From Prasinococcaceae sp. CCMP 1430 (lineage: Eukaryota; Plantae; Prasinodermophyta), in NCBI GenBank assembly GCA_013416795.1, contig RQSC01001202.1, positions 101,209 to 165,208 of the forward strand: DNA of 64,000 nucleotides, in the 5' to 3' direction. A model generated the notes under the pieces. That model did no database searches. It worked only from the letters and a program-made list of their open reading frames with translations, and was not told where the DNA came from. The translations under genes and the position numbers were made by a program. This document shows positions 45,276 to 56,491 of this stretch, one piece after another; within the stretch, counting starts at the first letter, position 1, and each line of letters opens with the position of its first letter.

Positions 45276-46841
45276 TTACGCGCGCCCAGCACGGCGCTGG
45301 CGCCATGCCGACCGCTCACTCATCAGTCCCCTGCGTCGCGTGCCGGGCGGCGGACTTTCCGCCGCCGTGCGGGCGCCAGTCGCCGCCGCCGCCGCCGCCG
45401 ACTGCTCGTTCGCCAGCCACTCGGCGGCGAGCGCCCTCGCCTCCGCCAAAGAGTCCCTTGGCAGTGCGTCCAGCGTCTCCGAGGACTGACCCCGCGCGCG
45501 CAGCCTGCTGCGAGCCATTTCCACACCGATGTCGTACAGGCGGAACGTGAGCGCGTTGTACTCCACGATGTGACCAAAAGCGCTCGCGTTCATGCCTCCG
45601 CCCCTGATGATCTCCGCCGCTTTGCGAGCGGGCGCCACGGCTTCCGCGGGGGCGTCCCTGGACCCCTCCGCCTCGTCGCTGAGAGGAACGCGAGGCAGAG
45701 AGTGGTGCTTTTTCTTTCCGCTGGGATCGCACACCTTCCAATCCCAATCGTCGCACATGAAGCGCAAAGTGTCTGCTAATGCCTCCACGACTGCGACGTT
45801 GTCGAAGCGCGCCAGCCTATCGGCGGCGCGTTCCAGGTCGCGCTCGCTCACGCGCACGCCAAGGTCGGTGTTGCCTGAGAACCATCGCAGGGCAAAGTTG
45901 TCCTTGTTTTTGGCCTCTTGCAGGCGCTCCGGCTTGGCGCGCTGGTCGTCTCTTGAATTCGACAGCATCACATTCAGCGGATGGCGCACGGCTGTCATCG
46001 TTGAGATGCGGCGGCGAGGCCCTTCGCCCCATGGGAAGACGCTCCAGGCGTACGCATACATGGGCATCTCGATCGACACCCAGCGGCGCATAGACCCGTC
46101 AGGTTCGATCGTTCCATCCAGCTCGCCTTTGTGGTACCACGACTTGTCCGCCGACGCCCTCAGCGTGCGCCAGCGCTTGATCTCCCACTCGCGACTCACG
46201 CCCGCGAAGACGTCGCGGTCCGGTGAGCCAGGCGCGCCCCAGTTCGACGACGCGAAGGCGTCGGGCTGGACGTCGGTCTCGTTCGGCAACGGCACGCACG
46301 CTGGCGCGTGCCCGCCGTGGTCTCTACAATGGGAGCGCATCGCCTTGGTGCCCAGGTTAAAGATGCCATTCATGCCGTCGCTTTTGCCGTCGTATAGGGC
46401 CTGTTTTGCGATGCTCCAGATGGACGTGCCGGCGTGGTGCGTGACGTGGTAGTGCGCGAAGAGCGGCGGCGGCTCCTCGCCCGGGACTCCACTCCGTTCT
46501 CCGTCGGCCGTGGCGGTCGCGGCGGTCGTAGCGGACACGCCCTCCGCCGATGCCAAAGGAGGGGGCGGCGATACCCCGTGGATTGTCCCAGAGCCCCCGG
46601 CGATGTACGTCCAGACCGCCAGCTCTTCTTCCAGCTCCTCGCGGATGACGGCACTCGGCTGAACCGGGTCGCCTCCGGGAGGGTGCACGTCCACCTGCAG
46701 CTCCTCCGCCGCGCCCTTGGCACAACTAACTTGAAGGAGCGCCGCCAGGAGCGCCGCAGCTCGAAGCAGCGGCTGCGCTGCGCCCGGCGCGCGCCTGCGC
46801 CGCGGGGGCGGCGCCTCCTCCAGCGACGCTGTGCGCTCCAT
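45276..46841 (-). CDS. Golgi-type sulfotransferase-like protein
   Basis: N-terminal TM; 5'-PSB-like HVTHHAGTS, 3'-PB-like MTAVRHPLNVMLS, DNFALRWFSG, DLERAADRLARF..VAVVE, YNAL..LY. Confidence 0.65.
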   Translation of the reverse strand: MERTASLEEAPPPRRRRAPGAAQPLLRAAALLAALLQVSCAKGAAEELQVDVHPPGGDPVQPSAVIREELEEELAVWTYIAGGSGTIHGVSPPPPLASAEGVSATTAATATADGERSGVPGEEPPPLFAHYHVTHHAGTSIWSIAKQALYDGKSDGMNGIFNLGTKAMRSHCRDHGGHAPACVPLPNETDVQPDAFASSNWGAPGSPDRDVFAGVSREWEIKRWRTLRASADKSWYHKGELDGTIEPDGSMRRWVSIEMPMYAYAWSVFPWGEGPRRRISTMTAVRHPLNVMLSNSRDDQRAKPERLQEAKNKDNFALRWFSGNTDLGVRVSERDLERAADRLARFDNVAVVEALADTLRFMCDDWDWKVCDPSGKKKHHSLPRVPLSDEAEGSRDAPAEAVAPARKAAEIIRGGGMNASAFGHIVEYNALTFRLYDIGVEMARSRLRARGQSSETLDALPRDSLAEARALAAEWLANEQSAAAAAATGARTAAESPPPGTRRRGLMSERSAWRQRRAGRA

Positions 46842-47413
46842 CCTCCGTCGCCGCGCCGCCGCGGAAAGTGCCGCCAAACAACACAGCGCCCGCCCGACCC
46901 CCCCCCCCCAGACAAACCTCGCCCCGCCCACCCCGCCCGCTGACGCACCTCCCGCGCCTGCGCCCGCGCCGCGGCGCGCACACGGTCTGGCAGTCCGCCC
47001 GCAGCATCAGCATCCTCGCCCCGCCCCCGCGGCGACGGTGGCCACGCGCCCTCGGCATTGCCAAACACAAAACAACTTTTATTCACACATTGGTAATTTG
47101 CAATCGGATCGCATCCGGTTAATTCATTCAATTCCCACTCGTTCCGCCCGGGCCTCCCGCTGCCTACCGGCGTTGACGTTCCCAGCGAGCTGATCATATG
47201 AGGGCGAAGCGAAGCCGCACCCCCCCCGCCCCGGTCACACCCGCCCGTCCGCCCGGCGCCAGAAGAAGCAGCGCGGAGCTGAGGTTCGATGGGCCCGCGG
47301 ACTAACGGGGGAGCGCGCGCGCACAGCATCGTCGGACCGCCTCGCGCTGCGAATTCGCGAGGCTGTTGGCGACGGGGCGGAGCGGCGCGCGCCGCGGGAC
47401 GGGCGGGGTCGAG

Positions 47414-49399
47414 ATGACTGGAGCGGACGTCACCGAGTGCGTGGGCGGCGCCAGCGGCAAGTGGCGCGCTGACGCGCTGCGCAGGCGCGCGGCCGCGCGG
47501 CCATCGCCCGCCGCGGCACGCCCTGGCGTCCGCCTGGCCTTTATACCGCCATCCCCTTCTGCTGCTAGCGAGGGGGATCCTGGCACCGCGAGCAGGAGCG
47601 GTAGCTCCTTTCTGGACTGCGAGTGGACCCCAGAGGCATTCCCGACGGAGACGTGGAACCTCGACGCGCTGCGGCTTCCTTCCGCCATCGTCGTAGCGCA
47701 CACGCCCGCCGACGTCGCCGCGGCGGTGCGCGCCGCCGCAGCCGTTGCCGAGCGACGGCGGAGCGCGGCTCTTCAGCGACAGGATGCCGCCTCGCCATCG
47801 CCAGGAGCTGCGACAGGACGCGCTTGCTCGCCCACAAAACATGAGAGAGGAAGGCTGGCCGAGATCGCCGCTCCCGCCCTGCCGCTGTGCGTGGCTGGCG
47901 GGCGACACTCTCACCTGGCCTTCGCGCACGGCGCCCTCTGCATCGACCTGTCGATGATGCGCGGCGTGCGCGTGGATGTGGCTGCCCGCGAGGTGACGTG
48001 CGAGGGCGGCGCGCTCGTGGGCGACCTTCTCAGCGCCATGGAGCCGCACGGGCTTGGGGTACCCCTGGGACAGCACGCCGGCACCGGAGTTGGGGGGCTC
48101 ACCCTGCAGGGAGGTCACGGCCACCTCGAGCGCGCTATGGGCCTCACGTGCGACGCGCTCATCCGGGCGACCGTCGTCACCGCGGACGGGCGTATCAGGG
48201 ACGTGTCCGACGACAATGGCTCTGAAGAGGACGCCGAGCTGATGTGGGCACTTAGAGGAGGGTGCGGGAACTTCGGCGTCGTCACGTCCTTCGTCTTCCT
48301 CGCCGCCCCCGTGGGCGATCGCGGGACGGTCATGCAAATGGCGCGCGTGCATGTGCCGGCGAACGAGGAGATGACGGCGCGCCCTCTGGTGTTCTCTTTC
48401 GCCGACCGGCAGCCACGCGTGCGCCAGCCGTCCCCCTCGACAGCCTCGCTTCCGACGCGGCTGGAGCTCCTGTCGGAGTGGCGGGACACGTGCGACCTGT
48501 TGGAGCCGCTCGGAGGCTGCGGTGCGGCGGGTGCTCCCACGGCCACAGACGCGGACAATGTTGCCGTGGACGTGATGCTGCCGCTGGGAGGAGAGATCCG
48601 CTTCACCCTGCTGCATGTTGGATCGAGTATGCACCAGGCACGCGAGCGGCTCGCCGCCCTCCCCATCGCGAGCTTCGGGAGCCCGCACGAGTCGTCATGC
48701 GAGGAGGTGTCCTTCCATCGACAGGCAGAAATGGAGCTGTTCGGGAAGGACATGACGCGCAACCACAGCGGCGCCTACTACGTGACGAGCTCCCTGCACA
48801 AGGAGCTGCCAGACGCGGCACTGTCCATTTTGGCACGTTTCACAAACGATGCAGGCCGAGCGGGCGCGGGCTCGTTCGTGAGCTGCCAGCTGCTGGGCGG
48901 CAAGGCCGCGCGCAGGCCTCGCGAGGCCACCGCGGTGTGGCACCGAGACGCGCGCTTTTGGTTCATCATCTGTGCGACCTTCGCGGGCGAAGACGAGTTT
49001 ACGTATGTGGAGGAGCGCGGGCGCTCTGTGCAGTGGGCGCGGGCGCTCAAGGAGGCTCTCCGACCGTACTCGATAGGCGTCTACGGCCAGCTCTCCGACG
49101 TGCGCAGCGAGGACCCGCCCGACTCAGTGGGCATCGATGTCGACGCCCTACTCGCAAAGGCAGCCACGGGCGAGCACCATGTGAGCGGCAAGTCGATGTC
49201 CTCCGCCGCCATGGCGCAGCAGGCTCAGGTGCAGCCGGAGAGCTACGCACCCACCGACCGGCATTCATACGGCGGCAATCTCCCGAGGCTCGCGGCGATC
49301 AAGCGCCGCCTGGACCCGCTCACGCTCTTCTCCAACACTGACATGGTCGCGCCGGACGCCCTCGCCGGACCGAACGCATGCGCGCGCAACGCTGACTGA
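47414..49399 (+). CDS. FAD-linked oxidoreductase (VAO/berberine-bridge-enzyme-like), intronless
   Basis: P.AIV..T..DVAAAV, VAGGRHS (covalent-FAD His), IDLSMM, GVGGLTLQGGHG..GLTCD, LMWALRGG.GNFGVVT, YGGNLPRLAAIKRRLDP..LF. Confidence 0.9.
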   Translation: MTGADVTECVGGASGKWRADALRRRAAARPSPAAARPGVRLAFIPPSPSAASEGDPGTASRSGSSFLDCEWTPEAFPTETWNLDALRLPSAIVVAHTPADVAAAVRAAAAVAERRRSAALQRQDAASPSPGAATGRACSPTKHERGRLAEIAAPALPLCVAGGRHSHLAFAHGALCIDLSMMRGVRVDVAAREVTCEGGALVGDLLSAMEPHGLGVPLGQHAGTGVGGLTLQGGHGHLERAMGLTCDALIRATVVTADGRIRDVSDDNGSEEDAELMWALRGGCGNFGVVTSFVFLAAPVGDRGTVMQMARVHVPANEEMTARPLVFSFADRQPRVRQPSPSTASLPTRLELLSEWRDTCDLLEPLGGCGAAGAPTATDADNVAVDVMLPLGGEIRFTLLHVGSSMHQARERLAALPIASFGSPHESSCEEVSFHRQAEMELFGKDMTRNHSGAYYVTSSLHKELPDAALSILARFTNDAGRAGAGSFVSCQLLGGKAARRPREATAVWHRDARFWFIICATFAGEDEFTYVEERGRSVQWARALKEALRPYSIGVYGQLSDVRSEDPPDSVGIDVDALLAKAATGEHHVSGKSMSSAAMAQQAQVQPESYAPTDRHSYGGNLPRLAAIKRRLDPLTLFSNTDMVAPDALAGPNACARNAD

Positions 49400-49462
49400 A
49401 CAATGCGTGCTCGTGTTCCATATTACGTCGTTTACGGGGAGGCGTAGGCGCGCGAGCGCGCC

Positions 49463-50982
49463 TCACTCGCTGGCCACCGTCGCCGCAGACGCTGCCTGTG
49501 GCGAAGCCAACGGGGTGTCCCCGGCGGCATCGTCCTTGCGGAAGAGAGTGATCTCCTGCGGCGCGCGCGCGCTCGTGTCAGCTCGCGTCGACCGGTGCGC
49601 GCGCAGCGCGCACACGACGCGCCCGCGCGACGCCTCCCCGCGCCTCTCGGCCGTGCGCGCGTACCTGCTGCTTGAAGTAGCGACGATCCTCTTCGTCGAT
49701 GAGCACGAGCTGCAAGAAGTAGCGCACGCTAAACTTGTTGAGCACATTGCCGTACGAAGGAGTGAGGTCGTAGTTGCTCAGGTACAGCCGGATAGGAATG
49801 CACTCGCGGCTGGCAGGTTCGCCGTCCATGACCTCGTATTTCGCGACTATAGGGCGCACCGAGGGGGCGACAGGCTGCATTAGCGCCTGCACGCATTTTC
49901 ACCGCTCTCGCATGCAGGCGCGCGCCGCGCAGGCGCCAGCGCCGCTCACGCATGCGCACGCACCCGTCTCGCTCTCGCTGTGCTGGCTGCCACCAGTGCC
50001 GGTGGTCTCACGCCTCTTGATTTCGATCTCCATGTGTTTGATATGTATCCGCACCATCAAGAAGTAGATCTTGCCCACGACCACGTCCCGCAGATGGTAC
50101 TTTGCCTGTGGAGCGAGCGCAGCAGCGGCTGTCCCGTCAGTCCACGCCGCCGAGGCAACACCAGCGCCGGGGAGCGCAGCGGCGCCCGCGCGCCGCACGC
50201 ACCTTCGAGTACTCGAACTCGATGTGGAGACAGTCCTCTATTCCTACCTGCGAGCGCGTGTGTCGCGCACGAAGTGCAAAAGAGCGCCATGTGTCAGCGA
50301 CCCGCAACCACCCATGGCAGCGGCGACAAAGACGGACGACGAAATGGCCTGCGCGCTCACCTCCATTTTGATCGGGTTGTTGACCTCCGGCAGCGCCTCG
50401 GGGTTGCGCACCCAAAGCTCCAAACTCTCCGTCTGCGACATGCCATACTGGCGCGCGAACGTCACGCGCAGTAGGTAGCGCACGCGCACGTGCATGCCGC
50501 TGTACGACTCGTACGGCATCTCAACGGACGGGAACTCGAAGGTGAACTTGGCAGGCCTGTCGAGGATGCCCTCGTTGGACAGATTGCGCGAAAGGGACAC
50601 GAAGTTGTACGCGGCGCCGCGCTCGGAGAGCAGCTCTGAGCGTTGCGCAGCGCAACAGAGGCGTCAGCTCCCACGCATGCACGCGGCGGCGGCGGCAGGA
50701 ACGTCTGTGCGTGCCAGCGCGAACGCTCTCGTGCTCGAAACGCGCGGCCGCACCTGCCTGCCCGAGCAGCTCGATCTTGAGCCCCTGGTGCTCGACCCTG
50801 CGCGCGCTCGTGGGCGTGATGACCACCGTTCCTGCCACGGTCTCGCCCTCGCGAAAGAGCGGGAGCTTCTCGGCCTGCCGCGTGGCGCCGCGCTTCATCG
50901 TCACGGTGCGCCGGCCCTCTGCCCCATCGAGCTTGAACGAGATGTGCACCTTGCCCTGGAAAGCGCCCAGCAGGCCCGCCAT
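49463..50982 (-). CDS. VPS26: Retromer subunit VPS26 (multi-exon)
   Basis: VEHQGLKIELLGQ, FEFPSVEMPYESYSG..VRYLLRVT, NNPIKMEVGIEDCLHIEFEYSK, YHLRDVVVGKIYFL, KYEVMDG, EDRRYFKQQEITLFR. Confidence 0.96.
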
Positions 50983-51435
50983 GGCCGCGGCGTCCGCGCG
51001 CGCGCGCGCGCACCAGCGGCCGGGCTCGGGCGGCGAGCAAAACGGGCGGCCGGCGCAGTCCGGGCGCAAGGGACACAGGCGAGGACGGAGCGGGGGAACG
51101 CGCCGGGCACTCCGCCGCCCGCGCGCGCAGTGGAGCCCGCGCGCGGGTGTGCGGGGGCGCGCGAAATGCACATGCGCGCGCCGGGCCACGACAGCATGCG
51201 AATTGACCTCTCTTTTGTGGTCCTTGACGTTGATGGTGATGGACATGTTAAGGGGCGCGGGCGCTGCTGCGTCGGTTGAGGAGAGCAGCCGGCACCGCCG
51301 AGAGCGCCGGTGCAGGGGGCGCTGCAGCAGTCGGCTGTGGTGGCAGCGAGGACAGGTGGGAGCTGTCGGATGGGGAGCTGAAGGGGGGGAGGCGTGCGGT
51401 GCGCCACTCGTCGCGCGCGCGGCGTGTCATGGCAG

Positions 51436-52820
51436 ATGGCGGCGCGCGCCGGCGGGCGCGCGGCGGCGCGCCAGGACGCGCAACGGCTGCGCGCCGTGGC
51501 GGCCGCGCGGGGCCTCGGCACGGACGCGGTGCGACGGCGCGCGTGGCCCGCGCTGCTGGGAATCGATGGTGCCGACGACAGTGAGGCGTCGGTCGAGGTA
51601 CGTGCGTCGCCCGGTGGGCGATGCGAGGCAAGAAATGCGCAACCTCGCCGGCGCGTGCTCGTGGGAGCTCCTGCTGACGCCGGCGCGCTGCCTCTGCCAC
51701 CGCCTCCTGCCTCAGCACTTCCGAGCAGCTGCGCGCTCCCCCGCCCCGCACCGCGATGCCGCCGTCGTGGATGCCGATGTGGCGCGTAGTCTGTGGCACT
51801 TCGCGCCGCGCGCTTCAGAGGATGAGCTTGAGGCGCAGCGCGCGGAGCTGAAAGAGCTCCTCAACGGCGTGTGCGGCGCCAACGCCGGCGAGGTGCATTA
51901 CTACCAAGGGCTGCACGACGTGGCGAGCGTGCTGCTGCTGACGCTCGGGCAGCGCGCGGCCTTCGTGGCGCTCGAAAGGCTTGCGCGCACGCACTTGCGC
52001 GAGTACGTGCGGTCGGACCTGAGCGCCTCCCTCGTGCGGCTCGAGCTGCTGCCGGTGCTCTTGCGACGCGTGTGTGCGCCGCTCGCAGAGTTCTGCTTCG
52101 AGCGCGCGGGCGCACCGCCGCACTTCGCGCTCAGCTGGATCATTACGTGGTTTGCGCACGACTGTCGGGACCTCGAGATCGCCAAACGTGCGTCCGTCAC
52201 AGCACGTGCTGCAAGCGCTACGCGTGCGCACTCAACCTTGCACACCCCTCCCTCCGGAGGGCCGTTCTGACGCTGTCTGTATCGCGTGCTGCGTCCGGCC
52301 TCCACCCCACCCACCCATCCCACCCACCCACCCCACCCATCCTGCGCACCTCTTGGCACGCATAGGCTGCTTCGACGTCTTCCTCGCGCTGCCCGAGCAT
52401 GCACCTTTGTACGTAGCCGCCGCACTGCTGCGCCGCAATGCCGCAAAAGTGATGGAAGGCACCGAATGCGATGCGGCGGAGGTGCACCACGCGCTGAGCA
52501 GCGTGGAGGTGTTCGGCTCCGTGTCCGTTGACGAGCTCGCAAACGAGGCCATCACGCTCATCAATAGCCACCCGCCTGAGGTGCTCGAGCGAGCAGCGGC
52601 AAAGGCAAGAGCTGCGTCGCAAGCGCGCCCGCGGCTGCGTTGGGAGAGCCTCATCACGCTGCGAAGCATCGCGCTCAGCGCCGCCACCGCAGTGACCGCT
52701 GCGCTTGCCTTCACCGCGCTCGACGCCGATGGCGACGGCTCCATCGTGGACGAGCTGCTTGGCGGAGATACGCACCTCGTGGACGTGGTGCGAGCGTTGC
52801 TGTTGACTGCAACGGTCTGA
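51436..52820 (+). CDS. TBC-domain Rab GAP (TBC1D20/Gyp8-like), multi-exon
   Basis: RRRAWPALLG, VVDADVARS, HYYQGLHDVASVLL, HFALSWIITWFAH, FDVFLA..PLYVAAALL. Confidence 0.88.
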
Positions 52821-52986
52821 GCCGGACTGACTTCGCTGTAATTAATACGTGTACCTCTTATCCGGTTCGCTGCGCGGACGGCGCCCCAGAACACATTTGC
52901 AATGGAACGCAAGCGCCCCCTCCTCTAAGCGCTCGCACGCTCGCGCGTCTTCGCCCCGCCCTGAGCAGGTTACCAGCACACAGCTG

Positions 52987-54485
52987 CTAGTATATGCCCG
53001 GGATGAATCTGTACGGCACGATCTTGCAGTACTTGTCCCAGTCGCGGCCATACTTCTTCTTGCACGCCTCCTCGTCGCGCTGCTCGCGATGGATGAGCAG
53101 CACAGCGAAATAGATGGGGTAGAAGTAAGTGAACGGGTTGGCGAGGATCGAACCACACGGCAGGCTCCATGCGAGGCCCATGAGCAGGTCGCCCGTGTAA
53201 TTCACATGCCGTGCGATTCCCCAGTAGCCGCTCGTGATGAGGCGCGTGCCGCGCTCGGTGTTAATGTAGTCCAAATGGCGAACCGAGGGGCCGTTTGGGT
53301 CACGCCTGAACGCATCCTTCTGCGAGTTTGCACCTCGGAAAAAGCAATAGCCTACGCACTTGAGTGCGAGGATGGCAACGGTGGGCCCAGTCCCGAGAAC
53401 GACGGCGTTGCGACTGAGGAAGGCCGCCTGCACCGAGTAGGAGAACGGCACCCACGCGAGGTCACCGAACGCAAGCATGAAGCCGAAGCCGTCGGTGGTG
53501 ATGTCCATGGTGGATAGAATGGCGGGCTCGAAGTAGAGCGCATCCGCGACGTAAAGCAGCTGGAAGATGTAGACGAGGATGGTGCTCGCCGACACAGCAC
53601 CGCTCTCGCCGGCTTCGCGCAGCGCGTAGGCCGTGTTGAGCACGATCCATCCGATGAGCCCGGGGTAGAGCTCGCAGAACTCTTTGAGGTCGAAGCTCCC
53701 GATGCGCGGATTGAGCTCCCTGCCGATGAAAAAGTCGTAGAGCGCGTTTCCCGTGTTGCCCCCCTCTGCGAGCAGCGCGCCCCTCGCGAACGAGCGCGCG
53801 TAAAGGTACGCCGACAGCACGAAGCTGAAGACGATCGACGCAGTCAGCAGCGGGAGGGCGTTGTCCGCCACCCAAACGAGATCGATCGCACGCGCGTGGT
53901 GCGCAATGAGCAGTCCGCCGAGGGACACGAATAGCACCTGCGAGGATCAGAGTGAGAGACGCGCACCGAGCGTGAGCAGCGATCACGCCGGCGGGCGCGC
54001 CGCAGCGTGCCGGATTGACGCAGGCGTGGCGCAGGGGCCAATTCGCGCGACCGCGTCAGCCGTGCCGCGTGTTCGCTTCGGATCGCCGATTGCACGGCGC
54101 CCCCTTTCCCCTCCCCCTCGTTCGTCCCATGGCCCTCTCTCGCATGCGCGAGCGGCGCGAGCGGCGCGAGCGCACGCACGAGCATCCCGTTGAGTTTGTA
54201 CGCGAGCCTCTTCCCCGTGCGCAGCACGGTGCCCTCGCGGCGGAGCCCCGGCAGCACGAGATGCAGCACCGCGACACCGAAGAACCACGCCAGGTACACG
54301 CCCATCGCGACGGGCGTGAAAACGGGCGGCGCGTCTGCCGGCCACACCGGCGGCCACCGCGCCATGTCAGGGCAGCCGCTGGCGCCGCACAGCGCGGTGA
54401 GCGCGTACAGCACGCACGGCAGGCCCGCCATCACGCCGAAAGCGCCCAACGGACCGCCGAACTCATAGTGCGGCTCGGCGCCCAT
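52987..54485 (-). CDS. Delta14-sterol reductase (ERG24/TM7SF2/LBR type); exons 54485-54180, 53937-52987
   Basis: YEFGGPLGA, YKLNG, GNALYDFFIGRELNPRIG.FDLKEFCELYPGLIGW, TMDITTDGFGFMLAFGDLAWVPF, GYWGIARHVNYTGD, CKKKYGRDWDKYC. Confidence 0.93.
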
Positions 54486-54761
54486 CGCGCCGCCGTCGGC
54501 CGCCTGGGGCGCGCGCGATCCGCCCCCCTGCCGCCCTGGCGGACGGAGCGAGCACCGCGCGCGCGCTGTGGCGCCGCGGCGCAGGCGCACGCGTGGCGCT
54601 GCCTGCCGGCGCTCGAGCACCAGCGCGAAATTCCAGACCCCACTCGCAGAGGATGTTGACGCGGCGCTGCGCCTGGTGGGGCGCCGACGTCAACCCGAAT
54701 TCCAAATGGTCGGAGATGAGATGAGATGACATGGAATGGGATGGGACGGAATGGGTAGGTA

Positions 54762-54801
54762 AGGGTTTAGTAGTCCACTAGTCTAAGGTTGAATAGGGTT
54801 T
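54762..54801 (-). promoter_or_regulatory. Telo-box-like motifs (AAACCCTA) in the divergent intergenic region
   Basis: AGGGTTTAG at 54762 and TAGGGTTT at 54794; similar motifs at 38818, 21591 and 32354. Confidence 0.45.
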
Positions 54802-55024
54802 GTTCAGAGGGCCTCGCGAGCGGGTGCTGGCCGCGGCCGCTGTGTCGGGGCGGGCGGCGTCGCGCGGCACAGCGCGCGCCGCGTGTGGCGGGCGCTGGGA
54901 GGTGTGGGTACGGGTTGGCGAGAGCCGTCGCTCGTGAGCGAATCGGCGCGCGCGCCCGCGCCTCTTCCCCTGCATCGCGCGGCCGCGCGGCGCGCGCGCC
55001 CGTGCCGACGACAGGCGCGGCGGA

Positions 55025-56108
55025 ATGGGCGCCGGAGCGTCGAGCGCCACCACGGCAGCGCCGGCCAACACAGGGCTGCGCAAGCAGCAACAGCGGCAAA
55101 TTCAGCAGCAGACGCAGCCGATGGCGACCCAAGGGGCGGCGGGAGCCGCGAACGGGGGCGCCCGAAGGACGGCCGCCGCCGCTGCGGCGGCGGCCAGTGA
55201 GGCGCCCACTGAGAACACCTTCGTCGCCGCGTGCGTGGCAGCCGGCAGCGTGGAGTCGGGCGCAAGAGTCGCGGGGCGGCGCGTGTTCCAAGTGAGGCTC
55301 GGGCCCGGTGGGGGGCCGGGCGTGGACGCGTCCAAGTACCGCGGTGGCCCGGTCACGCTGCTTGGCCTCGACTCCGAGGGGTTCAGCCTGCACGACAATG
55401 AGAGCTACAGGCTGCTCAAACGCTTCTTCTACCCGCAGGTGCACAGCTGGGCGCACACGGCGCGCAGGTTCTCATTCCGCTTCCTCGAGCGGTCCAACCG
55501 CAAGGTGCACACGTACGACTTCGACTGTGTGCAGGACGGCGACGTGGGGGGCATCTTAGAGGAGCTGCACGGACACATCGCGAACATTTTGCAACGCCGC
55601 AAGGACAAGGCCATGCCCGAAGCCGACTTCGAGGCGCTCAAGGAGCGGCTGGCGGCCAATGAGGAGTCGCAGCTCGACGAGCTTCAGGCGGTGTTTCAGA
55701 CGTCCTACGTGACATGCGCGCAGGGGAAGGAGCTGCTGGGCGCGCTGAGTGGTGAGCGCGCGCGCGCGAGAATGAAATTCGCTGCACGGGGGCTCGCCTC
55801 CGCGAGCCCGGCGGCTGGCGCGTACCGCCCAGCACCTGCCTTGGCACACGCTCGTGCTGACTCGCTCGTGCGCACATGGCGCGCAAACATTCACACCCGT
55901 GGCATGCGCGTGCGCGCATACGAATGCAGATCCCTGGGACTTGGCAAATGCCGCCGTGATCATGTACCAACGAACCATAGACGCTACCAGTTTCCGCCAC
56001 GTGCTCCAGACGGTGCTCTCTGACCCTGACGACATCGAGAACATCTGGCACCGCATCAAGCAGCTGCCGAAGAACGACCGACCCAAGATCGGGATCAGCA
56101 AGGACTAG
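55025..56108 (+). CDS. Putatively N-myristoylated protein with a PH-like region and a DUF4476-like domain; exons 55025-55751, 55930-56108
   Basis: MGAGASS start; beta-rich FSLHD..LLKRFFYPQVHSW..FSFRF; then DFEALKERL..SYVTCAQGKELL..DLANAAVIMYQRTIDATSFRHV. Confidence 0.6.
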
Positions 56109-56491
56109 CTGATCTCTAGCGGTGCAAGCATACCGCGCTGCCCCTGACAGCCCCACTTGGACGCCCCGCGCGCGCGCCAATCGTCCTGCCTGACGCGAGC
56201 CCTGCGATTTGTGCGGCCGCGGCGCCGGCATGCACAGAATCAAATGCAAATCAGATCCTCACGCAACGGCGGACCGTGCGGAAGAGCACGCGCAGCCTAG
56301 GCGCTTGTGCAGATATGCGTTCATGCCAGCCGCCTGCCCCGCGGCGTGGCCTGCCACGACGGGGCGTGCATGCTTGTATGTTTGTATGCTTGGCGCGCCC
56401 ACCACCTCTGGTGCCCGCGCTGACGTCAGCGAAGACTGCACGCTCACCGCCCTCCTCGTTCGAACGAGGGTGAGCATCCCCGGGCGGGAGC

